Shown: in pieces, positions 13,846 through 25,930 of the stretch
How positions within the stretch are numbered: position 1 is the first letter of the stretch
Layout: each line of letters begins with the position of its first letter
Assembly (NCBI GenBank): GCA_035221665.1
Contig: JAVHYY010000181.1
Coordinates: 1 to 64,000, forward strand
Direction: 5' to 3'
DNA: 64,000 nt
Source of the DNA: Okamejei kenojei
Lineage: Eukaryota
Position numbers and translations under genes: made by a program
Notes under the pieces: model-generated
The model's database searches: none
Seen by the model: the letters and a program-made list of their open reading frames with translations, nothing else
What the model was told of the DNA's origin: nothing

Positions 13846-14892
13846 TAAATAGCCAATTATTTTCTCTCTCCTGAGTATCTGCAACGTTGCTCCATTATAG
13901 ATCTGCCCGGAACGCGATGGGCCGGATAGCCTCCTTTCACCCATTTATGTTTTACTGATATATCGAAGCTTCATCCCTGCTCTCGGCATCCCATTGTCCA
14001 CCGTCTTCTACAAGTTCACAGATAATTGAAGCTACTATCGGTCATAACGGAACGAAAAATCTGGCCGAGTGGGTAAGGCTTCGGGCTGCTAATCTATTCC
14101 GCTTTGCGCGGCTAGGTTCGAATCTCACCCTAGTCATGACCCTACTTTTCATTAATTGAGACCGGTAGTACGAATTTTTTCAGGGCTTAATTACTCATGG
14201 AACAAGTTGTAATTTAAGAAATTACAGGCGCCGGAAATTGTTCACACCGCAGGGTGCCCATCAAACTCGTTTCAAGCATTTCGTCGGTAGACAAAGATGC
14301 TCGTTTCGGACATTTCATCGGCAGGTTCTCTCGCACGCCTCTCTCCATCTTCGTTGCCCCCTGCTATTTAATCATTTAACTCTCAACGGTATTCCTGACC
14401 GCTCTCTTTCACGACGTTGTACCCCCTCTCTCCCAACCTGGCAAATTCACGTCTTCTCATTTTTCCTTCCTCGTTCTCGTTCAATATCTCCTGCATTCAC
14501 TCTCCAACTCGCTCCCCTTGTCTCTAACAAACCTCACCCATTTTTCTCCATCCACGTTCTCTATCTCTCTTCTCATCTGCCATCCGTTATCTCTCGCGTA
14601 TTCTCTCGTTTGACCGCTACCATTTATTCCCAACCGCTCTCAATGTTCCTCTCTTTACCTACCTACCCTATCGCTCTCTCTCTCTCTTTCTCCCGCACAC
14701 ACTCTCTCCCCCAACACTCACTTTTCATCTCTCTCTGTCTCGCTCTCTCCCCTCCCTCCCTCTCTCTCTCTCTCTCCCTCGCGTTCTCATTAGGATTTTT
14801 CACCTGGCCCCTCCCTACTTAGTGCGTGCGTCCCTCCCGTAACCCGGGCTCCGCGCGCCCTCTAGCGAGCGCTCACTGCAACTCCCAGAGCC

Positions 14893-14931
14893 GGTTTTTG
14901 TCCGGATCCGCCGTCTCCCTGCATCAGTGTG
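14893..14931 (-). other. 23-RSS
   Basis: CACACTG-ATGCAGGGAGACGGCGGATCCGG-ACAAAAACC. Confidence 0.95.
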
Positions 14932-15361
14932 GGGTTCATGGCACAGAGATACACGGCGGAGTCGGACACCAGAGCCCCGGAGAGAGTTAAATGAGACATC
15001 TTCTTCTCTCGCTGCAATGCACCGGTAAACCTCAGCGGGCATTCTGGAGACGGCTCCACCTTTCCCGATAAACCTATTCTCAGCAAGTATTCAGGAGATT
15101 GCCCGCGAAGCTGAATATACCAAAATATATATGTAGTAGCGCCGTTGTAAGTACAGTTCATTGTTGTGGTCTGTCCTTCTTGAAGCGTTGATTCAGGGGG
15201 GTCCTGGGTCACTGAATCTTGCCCACTCGTTCCTGCAATAAAGTACAGAGATGATGAAAAGCCTGGACTAACATTGAACCCACGGGACACACACTGATCA
15301 CATGCAGAGACTGACCGGGCAGGGTGGCCAATATAAACAGGACCGAACACAGGGAGAACAT
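14932..15361 (-). CDS. Intact family-1 TCR V gene segment
   Basis: Leader 15361-15316, intron 83 nt, V exon 15232-14932 open, CDR1 NGATTY; RSS 14931-14893. Confidence 0.9.
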
Positions 15362-15798
15362 GGTGCCCGGCTTCAGACCCGATCAGAAGGCAGATTACTT
15401 TCAAGAGGTTGAATGCCTTTAACTGATATTGGAGATTAAGATCAGATCCGGGGCACCTTCCCTTCGTGTGCGACAGGGGCCGTCCCCCTGTTTAAGGATT
15501 GGCTGGCCTATCAGAGCTGGGCCTATCGGGACACGAATCAGTCTGACCGGTGGCTTAGTTTCTCTCCGAGGCTGGTTTTGACGTCTCATTACATTCCCCA
15601 TCAGTCTGAAGAAAGGTCTCGACCCGAAACGTCACCCATTCCTTCTCTCCAGAGATGCTGCCTGTCCCGCTGAGTTACTCCAGCATTTCGAGTCTACATT
15701 CCCCAACTCCTTCTCTCCACCGCCACTTCCATCTCTGTCTGCCTTACTTCCCCTCACTTTCTCACCCATTCGTCACCCATCTCTCTCTCTCACCTGCA

Positions 15799-16356
15799 GT
15801 ATTGTGTGCAGTTTTGTCCCCTCATTTGAGGAAGGACATTCTTGCTATTGAGGGAGTGCAGCGTAGGTTTACAAGGTTAATTCCCGGGATGGCAGGAATG
15901 TCTTATGCTGAGAGAATGGAGCAGCTGGGCGTGTACACTCTGAAGTTTAGAAGGATGAGAGGGGATCTCATTGAAACATATAAGATTGTTGTGGGCTTGG
16001 ACACACTAGAGGCAGGAAACATGTTCCCGATATTGGGGGAGTCTAGAACCAGGGGCCACAGTTTAAGAATAAGGAGTAAGCCATTCAGAACGGAGACGAG
16101 AAAACACTTTTTCTCACAGAGAGTGGTGATTCTGTGGAATTATCTGTCTCAGAGGTCCGTGGAGGCAGGTTCTCTGGATGCTTTCAAGAGAGAGCGAGAT
16201 AGGGCTCTTACAAATTAGCGGAGTCAAGGGATATGGGGAGAAGGCAGGAACGGGGTACTGATTGGGGATGATCAGCCATGATCACATTGAATGGTGGTGC
16301 TGGCTCGAAGGACCAAATGGCCTACTCCCGCACCTATTGTCTATTGCCTATTGTCT
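15799..16356 (+). mobile_element. 5'-truncated CR1-clade LINE 3' end (representative family-1 copy)
   Basis: Encodes a CR1 ORF2 C-terminus (LRKDILAIEGVQRRFTRLIPGM…RGDLIETYKI…FFSQRVV…AFKRE), then a 3'UTR and (CTATTG) tail. Confidence 0.85.
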
Positions 16357-16916
16357 CTCGTGTTCTTTCTGAACACACACTCCCCCCTTCCCTTTCACAT
16401 TCCCCCTTCTCCCTCGTTGTACAACTCTTTCTCTCCGCTCCTTCCACGTAGTATATGTATGTCTTTCTATATCCCTCCTCTCGTCCAACTAACACAACTA
16501 TGGCCGAGCCTAGTAGGGCAACAATTAGAATGGGCGCGGGCTCATCTTCTCTCCCTGGTTGTCTCCTGCCCCTCCTCCCCCACTCCCACCGCCACCTCTA
16601 TCGCTTTTCTCGCTCGTTCGCCTCTTCTCTCTCTCTCCCTCTCTCCCTCCTCTCTCAAATCTCTCACTCCCCTCCCCCTCCCCCCCCCTCACCCCCCCCC
16701 CCCCCTCCAAATAGCCCATTATTTTCTCTCTCCTGATTTTCTGCAACGTTGCTCCATTATAGGTCTGCCCGGAACGCGATGGGTCGGATAGCTTCCTTTC
16801 ATCCATTCATGTTTTACTGATATGTCGACGCTTCATCCCTGCTCTCGGCATCCCATTGTCCACCGTCTTCTGCAAGATCACAGATAATTGAAGCTACTAT
16901 CGGTCATAACGTAACG

Positions 16917-16998
16917 AAAAATGTGGCCGAGTGGGTAAGGCGTCGGGCTGCTAATCTATTCCGCTTTGCGCGGCTAGGTTCGAATCTCACCCTAGTCA
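16917..16998 (+). pseudogene. tRNA-Ser(GCT)-derived relic (representative copy)
   Basis: 82 nt colinear with vertebrate tRNA-Ser(GCT): A box TGGCCGAGTGG, anticodon loop CTGCTAA, long variable arm, B box GGTTCGAATC; acceptor and anticodon stems mismatched. Other copies ~3911, ~6903, 9219, 14055, 19224, 22214, 25120, 26136, 28989, ~31853, ~35143. Confidence 0.75.
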
Positions 16999-17857
16999 TG
17001 ACCCTACTTTTCATTAATTGAGACCGGTAGTACGAATTTTTTCAGGGCTTAATTACTCATGGAACAAGTTGTAATTTAAGAAATTACAGGCGCCGGAAAT
17101 TGTTCACACCGCAGGGTGCCCATCAAACTCGTTTCAAGCATTTCGTCGGTAGACAAAGATGCTCGTTTCAGACATTTCATCGGCAGGTTCTCTCGCACGT
17201 TCTCTCTCCATCTTCGTTGTTCTCTGCTGTTACTCATTTAACTCTCAACGATATCCTGAACGCTCTCTTTCACGATGTTGTTCCCCCTCTCTCCCAACCT
17301 GGCAAATTCACGTTTTCTCATTTTTCCTTCCTCGTTCTCGTTCTATATCTCCTGCATTCACTCTCCAACTCTCTCCCCTCTGTCTCTAACAAACCTCACC
17401 CATTTTTCTCCATCCTCGCTCTCTCTTCACCCACTCTTTCCATCTGCCATCCGTTATCTATCCCGTATTCTCTCGTTTGAACCCTACCATTTATTCCCAA
17501 CCGCATTCACTGTTCCTCTCTTTACCTACCTACCCTATCGCTCTCTCTTTCTTCCTCTCTCTCACACTCACTCTCTCACTCATTCTCCATCTCTCTCTGT
17601 CTGTATGNNNNNNNNNNNNNNNNNNNNNNNNNNNNNNNNNNNNNNNNNNNNNNNNNNNNNNNNNNNNNNNNNNNNNNNNNNNNNNNNNNNNNNNNNNNNN
17701 NNNNNNNNNNNNNNNNNNNNNNNNNNNNNNNNNNNNNNNNNNNNNNNNNNNNNATTAGGATTTTTCACCTGGCCCCTCCCTACTTAGTGCGTGCGTCCCT
17801 CCCGTAACCCGGGCTCCGCGCGCCCTCTAGCGAGCGCTCACTGCAACACCCAGAGCC

Positions 17858-17896
17858 GGTTTTTGTCCGGATCCGCCGTCGCCCTGCAACAGTGTG
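17858..17896 (-). other. 23-RSS
   Basis: CACACTG-23bp-ACAAAAACC. Confidence 0.95.
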
Positions 17897-18322
17897 AGGT
17901 TCATGGCACAGAGATACACGGCGGAGTCGGACACCAGAGCCCCGGAGAGAGTTAAATGAGACATCTTCTTGTCACGCTGCAATTCTCCGGTAAACCTCAG
18001 CGGGCATTCTGGAGACGGTTCCATCTTTCCCGATAAACCTATTCTCAGCAAGTATTCAGGAGATTGCCCGCGATGCTGAATATACCAAAATATATATGAA
18101 GTTATGCCGTTGTAAGTGCAGTTCATTGTTGTGGTCTGTCCTTCTTGATGCGTTGATTCACGGGGGTCCTGGGTCACTGAATCTTGCCCACTCGTTCCTG
18201 CAATAAAGTACAGAGATGATGAAAAGCCTGGACTAACATTTAAACCACGGGACGCACACTGATCACATGCACTGACCGGTCAGGGTCGCCAATATAAACA
18301 GGACCGAACACAGGGAGAACAT
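17897..18322 (-). CDS. Intact family-1 TCR V gene segment
   Basis: Leader 18322-18277, intron 79 nt, V exon 18197-17897 open, CDR1 NGITSY; RSS 17896-17858. Confidence 0.9.
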
Positions 18323-20019
18323 GGTTTCGCCTTCAGACTCGATCAGAAGGGAGATTAATTTCAAGAGGTTGATACCCTTTAACTGATATTGGAGATTAAG
18401 ATGAGATCCGGGGCACCTTCCCTTTGTGTACGACAGGGGGCGTCCCCTGTTTTAGGATTGGCTGGCATATCAGAGCTGGGCCTATCGGGACACGAATCAG
18501 TCTGACCGGTGGCTTAGTTTCTTCCGAGGTTGGATTTGACGTCTCATTATATTCCCCATCAGTCTGAAGAAAGGTCTCGACCCGAAACGTCACCTATTCC
18601 TTCTCTCCAGAGATGCTGCTTGTCCCGCTGAGTTACTCCAGCATTTGGAGCCTACATTCCCCAACTCTTTCTCTCCACCGCCACTTCCGACATTTAATCG
18701 GCAGGTTCTCTCGCACGTTCTCTCTCCATCTTCGTTGTTCTCTGCTATTTACTCATTTAACTCTCGACGGTATTCCTGAACGCTCTATTTCACGACGTTG
18801 TTCCCCCTCTCTCCCAACCTGGCAAATTCACGTCTTCTCATTTTTCCTTCCTCGTTCTCGTTCTGTATCTCCTTCATTCATTCTCTAACTCTCTTCCCTC
18901 TCTCTCTATCTAACCTCACCCATTTTTCTCCATCCACGCTCTCTATCTCTCTTTTCATCTGCCATCCGTTATCTCTCGCGTATTCTCTCGTTTGAACCCT
19001 ACCATTTATTCCCAACCACTCTCTCTGTTCCTCTCTTTACCTACCTACCCTGTCGCTCTCTCTCTCTCTCTTTCTCCCTCACACACGCTCTCTCTCTCTC
19101 ACTCACTTTTCATTTATGTTTTACTGATATATCTACGCTTCATCCCTGCTCTCGGCATCCCATTGTCCACCGTCTTCTGCAAGATCACAGATAATTGAAG
19201 CTACTATCGGTCATAACGTAACGAAAAATGTGGCCGAGTGATTAAGGTTTCGGGCTGCTAATCAATTCTGCTTTGCACGAGTAGGTTCGAATCTCACCCT
19301 AGTCATGAACCTAATTTTCATTTATTGAGATCCGTATTATGATTTTTTTCCGAGCTTAATTACTCATGGAACAAGTTTGTAGTTTAAGGAATTGCAGGCG
19401 TCGGAAATTGTTCACACCGCAGGGTGCTCCTCAAACTCGTGTCAGGCATTTCATCGGTAGATTCTCTCGCACGTTCTCTCTCTATCATCGTTGCTCTCTG
19501 CTATTTACTCATTTAACTCTCAACGGTATTCCTGACCGCTCTCTTTCACGACGTTGTTCCCCCTCTCTCCCAACCTGGCAAATTCACGTCTTCTCATTTC
19601 TCCTTCCTCGTTCTCGTTCTGTATCTCCTTCATTCACTCTCTAACTCTCTCCCCTCTGTCTCTAACTAACCTCACCCATTTTTCTCCATCCACGCTCTCT
19701 ATCTCTCTTTTCATCTGCCATCCGTTATCTCTCGCGTATTCTCTCGTTTGAACCCTACCATTTATTCCCAACCGCTCTCCTGTTCCTCTCTTTACCTACC
19801 TACCCTATCGCTCTCTCTCTCTTCTCTTGCACCCTCACACACTCCTCTCTCTCACTCACTCTTCATCTATCTCTGTCTCTCCCTCAGTCTCTCACCCTCT
19901 CTCTCCGTCTCTCCCTCGCGTTCTCATTAGGATTTTTCACCTGGCCCCTCCCTACTTAGTGCGTGCGTCCCTGGCTCCACGCGCCCCTACTAGCGGCGCT
20001 CACTGCAACTCCCAGAGCC

Positions 20020-20058
20020 GGTTTTTGTCCGGATCCGCCGTCTCCCTGCATCAGTGTG
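20020..20058 (-). other. 23-RSS
   Basis: CACACTG-23bp-ACAAAAACC. Confidence 0.95.
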
Positions 20059-20488
20059 GGGTTCATGGCACAGAGATACACGGCGGAGTCGGACACCAGA
20101 GCCCCGGATAGAGTTAAATGAGACATCTTCTTCTCTCGCTGCAATGCACCGGTAAACCTCAGCGGGCATTCTGGAGACGGCTCCACTTTTCCCGATAAAC
20201 CTATTCTCAGCAAGTATTCAGGAGATTGCCCGCGAAGCTGAATATACCAAAATATATATGTAGTAGCGCCGTTGTAAGTACAGTTCATTGTTGTGGTCTG
20301 TCCTTCATGAAGCGTTGATTCACGGGGGTTCTGGATCACTGAATCTTGCCCACTCGTTCCTGCAATAAAGCACAGAGATGATGAAAAGCCTGGACTAACA
20401 TTGAACCCACGGGACGCACACTGATCACATGCAGAGACTGACCGGGCAGGGTCGCCAATATAAACAGGACCGAACACAGGGAGAACAT
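20059..20488 (-). CDS. Intact family-1 TCR V gene segment
   Basis: Leader 20488-20443, V exon 20359-20059 open, CDR1 NGATTY; RSS 20058-20020. Confidence 0.9.
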
Positions 20489-23041
20489 GGTTCCGGCTTC
20501 AGACCCGATCAGAAGGCAGATTAATTTCAAGAGGTTGATATCCTTTAACTGATATTGGAGATTAAGATGAGATCCGGGGCACCTTCCCTTTGTGTACGAC
20601 AGGGGGCGTCCCCTGTTTTAAGGATTGGCTGGCATATCAGAGCTGGGCCTATCAGGACACGAATCAGTCTGACCGGTGGCTTAGTTTCTCTCCGAGGCTG
20701 GATTTGACGTCTCATTACATTCCCCATCAGTCTGAAGAAAGGTCTCGACCCGAAACGTCACCTATTCCTTCTCTCCAGAGATGCTGCTGTCCCGCTGAGT
20801 TACTCCAGCATTTCGAGTCTACATTCCCCAACTCTTTCTCTCCACCGCCACTTCCATCTCTGTCTGCCTTACTTCCCCTCACTTTCTCACCCATTCGTCA
20901 CCCATCTCTCTCTCTCTCCACCTGCAGTATTGTGTGCAGTTTTGGTCCCCTCATTTGAGGAAGGACATTCTTGCTATTGAGGGAGTGCAGCGTAGGTTTA
21001 CAAGGTTAATTCCCGGGATGGCAGGACTGTCTTATGCTGAGAGAATGGAGCAGCTGGGCTTGTACACTCTGAAGTTTAGAAGGATGAGAGGGTATCTCAT
21101 TGAAACATATAAGATTGTTGTGGCTTGACACACTAGGCAGAAACATGTTCCCGATGTTGGGAGTCTAGAACCTGGGCCACAGTTTAAGAATAAGGAGTAA
21201 GCCATTCAGAACGGAGACGAGGAAACACTTTTTCTCACAGAGAGTGGTGATTCTGTGGAATTATCTGTCTCAGAGGTCCGTGGAGCAGGTTTCTCTGGAT
21301 GCTTTCAAGAGAGAGCGAGATAGGCTCTTAAAAATTAGCGAGTCAGGGATATGGGAAAGAAGGGCTACGGGGGAAATCAACCATTTGTACAAAGATTGGG
21401 TGAAGACTTCTGCACACAGCAGTGTGAAGGATTGACAGCCTGTGACCCATGCTTAATATGATTAGAGAAAACTGGTGGGTTCACGAGAGGGAGTAAAACT
21501 GGCTAGAAACAACGACACCCTGGCCTCCATACCCCCACACCTATTTGCCCCTACCTGCCTTGAATCTCTCGCGTTCTTTCCTGAACACAGACTCGTATAA
21601 AAAGAAATCCTTGCTTCCAATTTAGTCTTTCACATTCCCCCCTTCCCCACCTATTGTCATTGCCCTTCGTGTTCTTTCGTACACACACTTTCCCCCCCCT
21701 TTCTCCCCCCTCCCGTCCTTTCCACGTATATATATATATGCCTTTCTATATCCCTCCTCTCGTCCAACTAACACAACTATGGCCGAGCCTAGTAGGGCAA
21801 CAATTAGAATGGGCGCGGGCTCATCTTCTCTCCCTGGTTGTCTCCTGCACCTCCCCCCCCCCCCTCCCCCCCCCCCCACTCCCACCGCCACCTCTATCGC
21901 TTTTCTCGCTCGTTCGCCTCTTCTCTCTCTCTCCCCCTCTCTCCTTCTCCCTCTCTCAATCTCTCTCTCCCCTCCCCCTCTCCCCCGCCTCACCCCACCC
22001 TCTCCAAAGAGCCCATTATTTTCTCTCTCCTGATTATCTGCAACGTTGCTCCATTATAGGTCTGCCCGGAACGCGATGGGCCGGATAGCTTCCTTTCATC
22101 CATTCATGTTTTACTGATATATCGACGCTTCATCCCTGCTCTCGGCATCCCATTGTCCACCGTCTTCTGCAAGATCACAGATAATTGAAGCTACTATCGG
22201 TCATAACGTAACGAAGTATGTGGCCGAGTGGGTAAGGCTTCGGACTTCTAATCAATTCTGCTTTGCACGGGTAGGTTCGAATCTCACCCTGGTCATGAAC
22301 CTACTTTTCATTAATTGAGATCGGTAGTACGATTTTTTTCTGAGCTTAATTACTCATGGAACAAGTTGTAATTTAAGAAATTACAGGCGCCGGAAATTGT
22401 TCACACCGCAGGGTGCCCGTCAAACTTGTTTCAAACATTTCGTCGGTAGACAAAGATGCTCGTTTCAGACATTTCATCGGCTGGTTCTCACGCACGTTCT
22501 CTCTCTATCTTCGTTGTTCTCTTCTATTTACTTATTTAACTCTCAACGGTATTCCTGACCGCTCTCTTTCACGACGTTGTTCCCCCTCTCTCCCAACCTG
22601 GCAAATTCACGTCTTTTCTCATTTCTCCTTCCTCGTTCTCGTTCTGTATCTCTCCTTCATTCATCACTCTCTAACTTGTTCCTCGTCTAACACTAACCTC
22701 GCTCCCTCATCACATCACTTTCTCTATCTCTCTTCTCATCTGCCATCCGTTATCTCTCCGCGTATTCTCTCGTTTGAACCCTACCATTTATTCCCAACCG
22801 CTCTCTGTTCCTTTCTTCTTTACCTACCTACCCTATCGCTCTCTCTTCTTTCTCCCTCGTTCACACACTCCTCCTCTAACACTCACTTCTTCATCTCTCT
22901 CTTCTGTCTCTCTCTCACTCTCTGCTCTACCCTCTCCTTCTCTCTCTCTCTCTCTCACCCTCTCGCTCCGGCTCCTCGCGTTCTCATTTAGGATTTTTCA
23001 CCTGGCCCCTCCCTACTTAGTGCGTGCGTCCCTGGCTCCAC

Positions 23042-23055
23042 GCGCCCTCTAGCGG
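23042..23055 (-). promoter_or_regulatory. Putative CTCF-binding element 24 bp 3' of the RSS (family-1 representative)
   Basis: CCGCTAGAGGGCGC matches the CTCF core CCASYAGRKGGCRS closely; equivalents start at 7792, 9941, 11950, 14855, 17820, 26890, 29760, 32487, 35991. Confidence 0.75.
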
Positions 23056-23079
23056 GCGCTCACTGCAACTCCCAGAGCC

Positions 23080-23118
23080 GGTTTTTGTCCGGATCCGCCG
23101 TCTCCCTGCAACAGTGTG
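23080..23118 (-). other. 23-RSS
   Basis: CACACTG-23bp-ACAAAAACC. Confidence 0.95.
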
Positions 23119-23548
23119 GGGTTCATGGCACAGAGATACACGGCGGAGTCGGACACCAGAGCCCCGGATAGAGTTAAATGAGACATCTTCTTGTCTCGCT
23201 GCAATTCACCGGTAAACCTCAGCGGGCATTCTGGAGACGGCTCCACTTTTCCCGATAAACCTATTCTCAGCAAGTATTCAGGAGATTGCCCGCGAAGCTG
23301 AATATACCAAAATATATATGAAGTTGCGCCGTTGTAAGTACAGTTCATTGTTGTGGTCTGTCCTTCATGAAGCGTTGATTCACGGGGGTTCTGGATCACT
23401 GAATCTTGCCCACACGTTCCTGCAATAAAGCACAGAAATAATGAAAAGCCTGGACTAACATTGAACCCACGGGACGCACACTGATCACATGCAGAGACTG
23501 ACCGCGCAGGGTCGCCAATATAAACAGGACCGAACACAGGGAGAACAT
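23119..23548 (-). CDS. Intact family-1 TCR V gene segment
   Basis: Leader 23548-23503, V exon 23419-23119 open, CDR1 NGATSY; RSS 23118-23080. Confidence 0.9.
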
Positions 23549-23985
23549 GGTTCTGGTTTCAGACTCGATCAGAAGGCAGATTAATTTCAAGAGGTTGATA
23601 TCCTTTAACTGATATTGGAGATTAAGATGAGATCCGGGGCACCTTCCCTTTGTGTACGACACGGGGCGTCCCCCTGTTTTAGGATTGGCTGGCCTATCAG
23701 AGCTGGGCCTATCGGGACACGAATCAGTCTGACTGGTGGCTTAGTTTCTCTCCGAGGCTGGTTTTGACGTGTCACTACATTCCTCATCAGTCTGAAGAAA
23801 GGTCTCGACCCGAAACGTCACCTATTCCTTCTCTCCAGAGATGCTGCCTGTCCCGCTGAGTTACTCCAGCATTTCGAGTCTACATTCCCCAACTCTTTCT
23901 CTCCACCGCCACTTCCATCTCTGTCTGCCTTACTTCCCCTCACTTTCTCACCCATTCGTCACCCATCTCTCTCTCTCCACCTGCA

Positions 23986-24546
23986 GTATTTTGTGCAGTT
24001 TTGGTCCCCTAATTTGAGGAAGGACATTCTTGCTATTGAGGGAGTGCAGCGTAGGTTTACAAGGTTAATTCCCGGGATGGCAGGACTGTCTTATGCTGAG
24101 AGAATGGAGCAGCTGGGCTTGTACACTCTGAAGTTTAGAATGATGAGAGGGGATCTCGTTGAAACATATAAGATTGTTGTGGGCTTGGACACACTACAGG
24201 CAGGAAACATGTTCCCGATGTTGGGGGAATCTAGAACCAGGGGCCACAGTTTAAGAATAATGAGTAAGCCATTCAGAACGGAGACGAGGAAACACTTTTT
24301 CTCACAGAGAGTGGTGATTCTGTGGAATTATCTGTCTCAGAGGGCCGTGGAGGCAGGTTCTCTGGATGCTTTCAAGAGAGAGCGAGATAGGGCTCTTAAA
24401 AATTAGCGGATTCAGGGGAGATGATGGGGAAAAGGCAGGAACGGGGTACTGATTGGGGATAATCAGCCATGATCACATTGAAATGTGTTGCTGGCTCGAA
24501 GGACCAAATGGCCTACTCCTGCACATATTATCTATTGCCTATTGTC
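23986..24546 (+). mobile_element. CR1 LINE fragment (co-amplified copy)
   Basis: ORF 23993-24406 QFWSPNLRKDILAIEGVQRRFTRL…; other copies 27838-28390, 30713-31266, 33460-34035, 36960-37577. Confidence 0.85.
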
Positions 24547-25890
24547 TCTCGTGTTCTTTCTGAACACACACTCCCCCCTTCCCTTTCACATTCCCCCCTT
24601 CTCCCTCGTTCTACAACTCTTTCTCTCCGCTCCTTCCACGTAGTACATATATGTCTTTCTATATCCCTCCTCTCGTCCAACTAACACAACTATGGCCGAG
24701 CCTAGTAGGGCAACAATTAGAATGGGCGCGGGCTCATCTTCTCTCCCTGGTTGTCACCTGCCCCTCCCCCCCCCCACTCCCACCGCCACCTCTATCGCTT
24801 TTCTCGTTAGTTCACTTCTCTCTCTCTCCCTCTCTGCTTCTCCCTCCTCTTTCTGACTCTCTCAATCTCTCTCTCTCCCTCCCCCCCCCCCTCACCACCC
24901 CCCCCCCTCCTAAATAGCCCATTATTTTCTCTCTCCTGATTATCTGCAACGTTGCTCCATTATAGGTCTGCCCGGAACGCGATGGGCCGGATAGCTTCCT
25001 TTCATCCATTTATGTTTTACTGATATATCGACGCTTCATCCCTGCTCTCGGCATCCCATTGTCCACCGTCTTCTGCAAGATCACAGATAATTGAAGCTAC
25101 TATCGGTCATAACGTAACGAAAAATGTGGCCGAGTGGGTAAGGCTTCGGGCTGCTAATCTATTCCGCTTTGCACGGCTAGGTTCGAATCTCACCCTAGTC
25201 ATGACCCTACTTTTCATTAATTGAGACCGGTAGTACGAATTTTTTCAGGGCTTAATTACTCATGGAACAAGTTGTAATTTAAGAAATTACAGGCGCCGGA
25301 AATTGTTCACACCGCAGGGTGCCCATCAAACTCGTTTCAAGCATTTCGTCGGTAGACGAAGATGCTCGTTTCAGACATTTCATCGGCAGGTTCTCTCGCA
25401 CGTTCTCTCTCCATCTTCGTTGTTCTCTGCTGTTTACTCATTTAACTCTCAACGGTATTCCTGAACGCTCTCTTTCACGATGTTGTTCCCCCTCTCTCCC
25501 AACCTGGCAAATTCACGTCTTCTCATTTTTCCTTCCTCGTTCTCGTTCTATATCTCCTGCATTCACTCTCCAACTCGCTCCCCTTGTCTCTAACAAACCT
25601 CACCCATTTTTCTCCATCCTCGCTCTATCTCTCTTCACCCACTCTTTCCATCTGCCATCCGTTATCTATCCCGTATTCTCTCGTTTGAACCCTACCATTT
25701 ATTCCCAACAGCATTCACTGTTCCTCTCTTTACCTACCTATCCTATCGCGGGCTCATCTTCTCTCCCCGGTGGTCTTCTGCCCCTAACCCCCCCCCCCCA
25801 CTCCCACCGCCACCTTTATCGCTTTTCTCGCTCGTTCGCCTCTTCTCTCTCTCTCCCTCTCTCTCCTCCTCCCTCTCTCAATCTCTCTCT

Positions 25891-25930
<40 letters not shown>

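Noticed and set aside
15655-16218. Recurrent ORF 'RKDILAIEGVQRRFTRLIPGM' as a host gene or active RT
   Set aside because: Only the CR1 ORF2 C-terminal fragment; 5'-truncated, no RT catalytic core, co-duplicated with the unit.
16917-16998. Functional tRNA-Ser gene
   Set aside because: Acceptor stem (AAAAATG / CCTAGTC) and anticodon stem do not pair; anticodon varies among copies.
17106-17122. Second CTCF-like site CACCGCAGGGTGCCC in each family-1 unit
   Set aside because: Several mismatches at key core positions and absent from family 2.
23061-23068. TGCAGTG as the canonical CTCF upstream (ZF9-11) motif
   Set aside because: It sits only 12 nt before the core, shorter than the usual spacing, and varies among subfamilies; left unclaimed.
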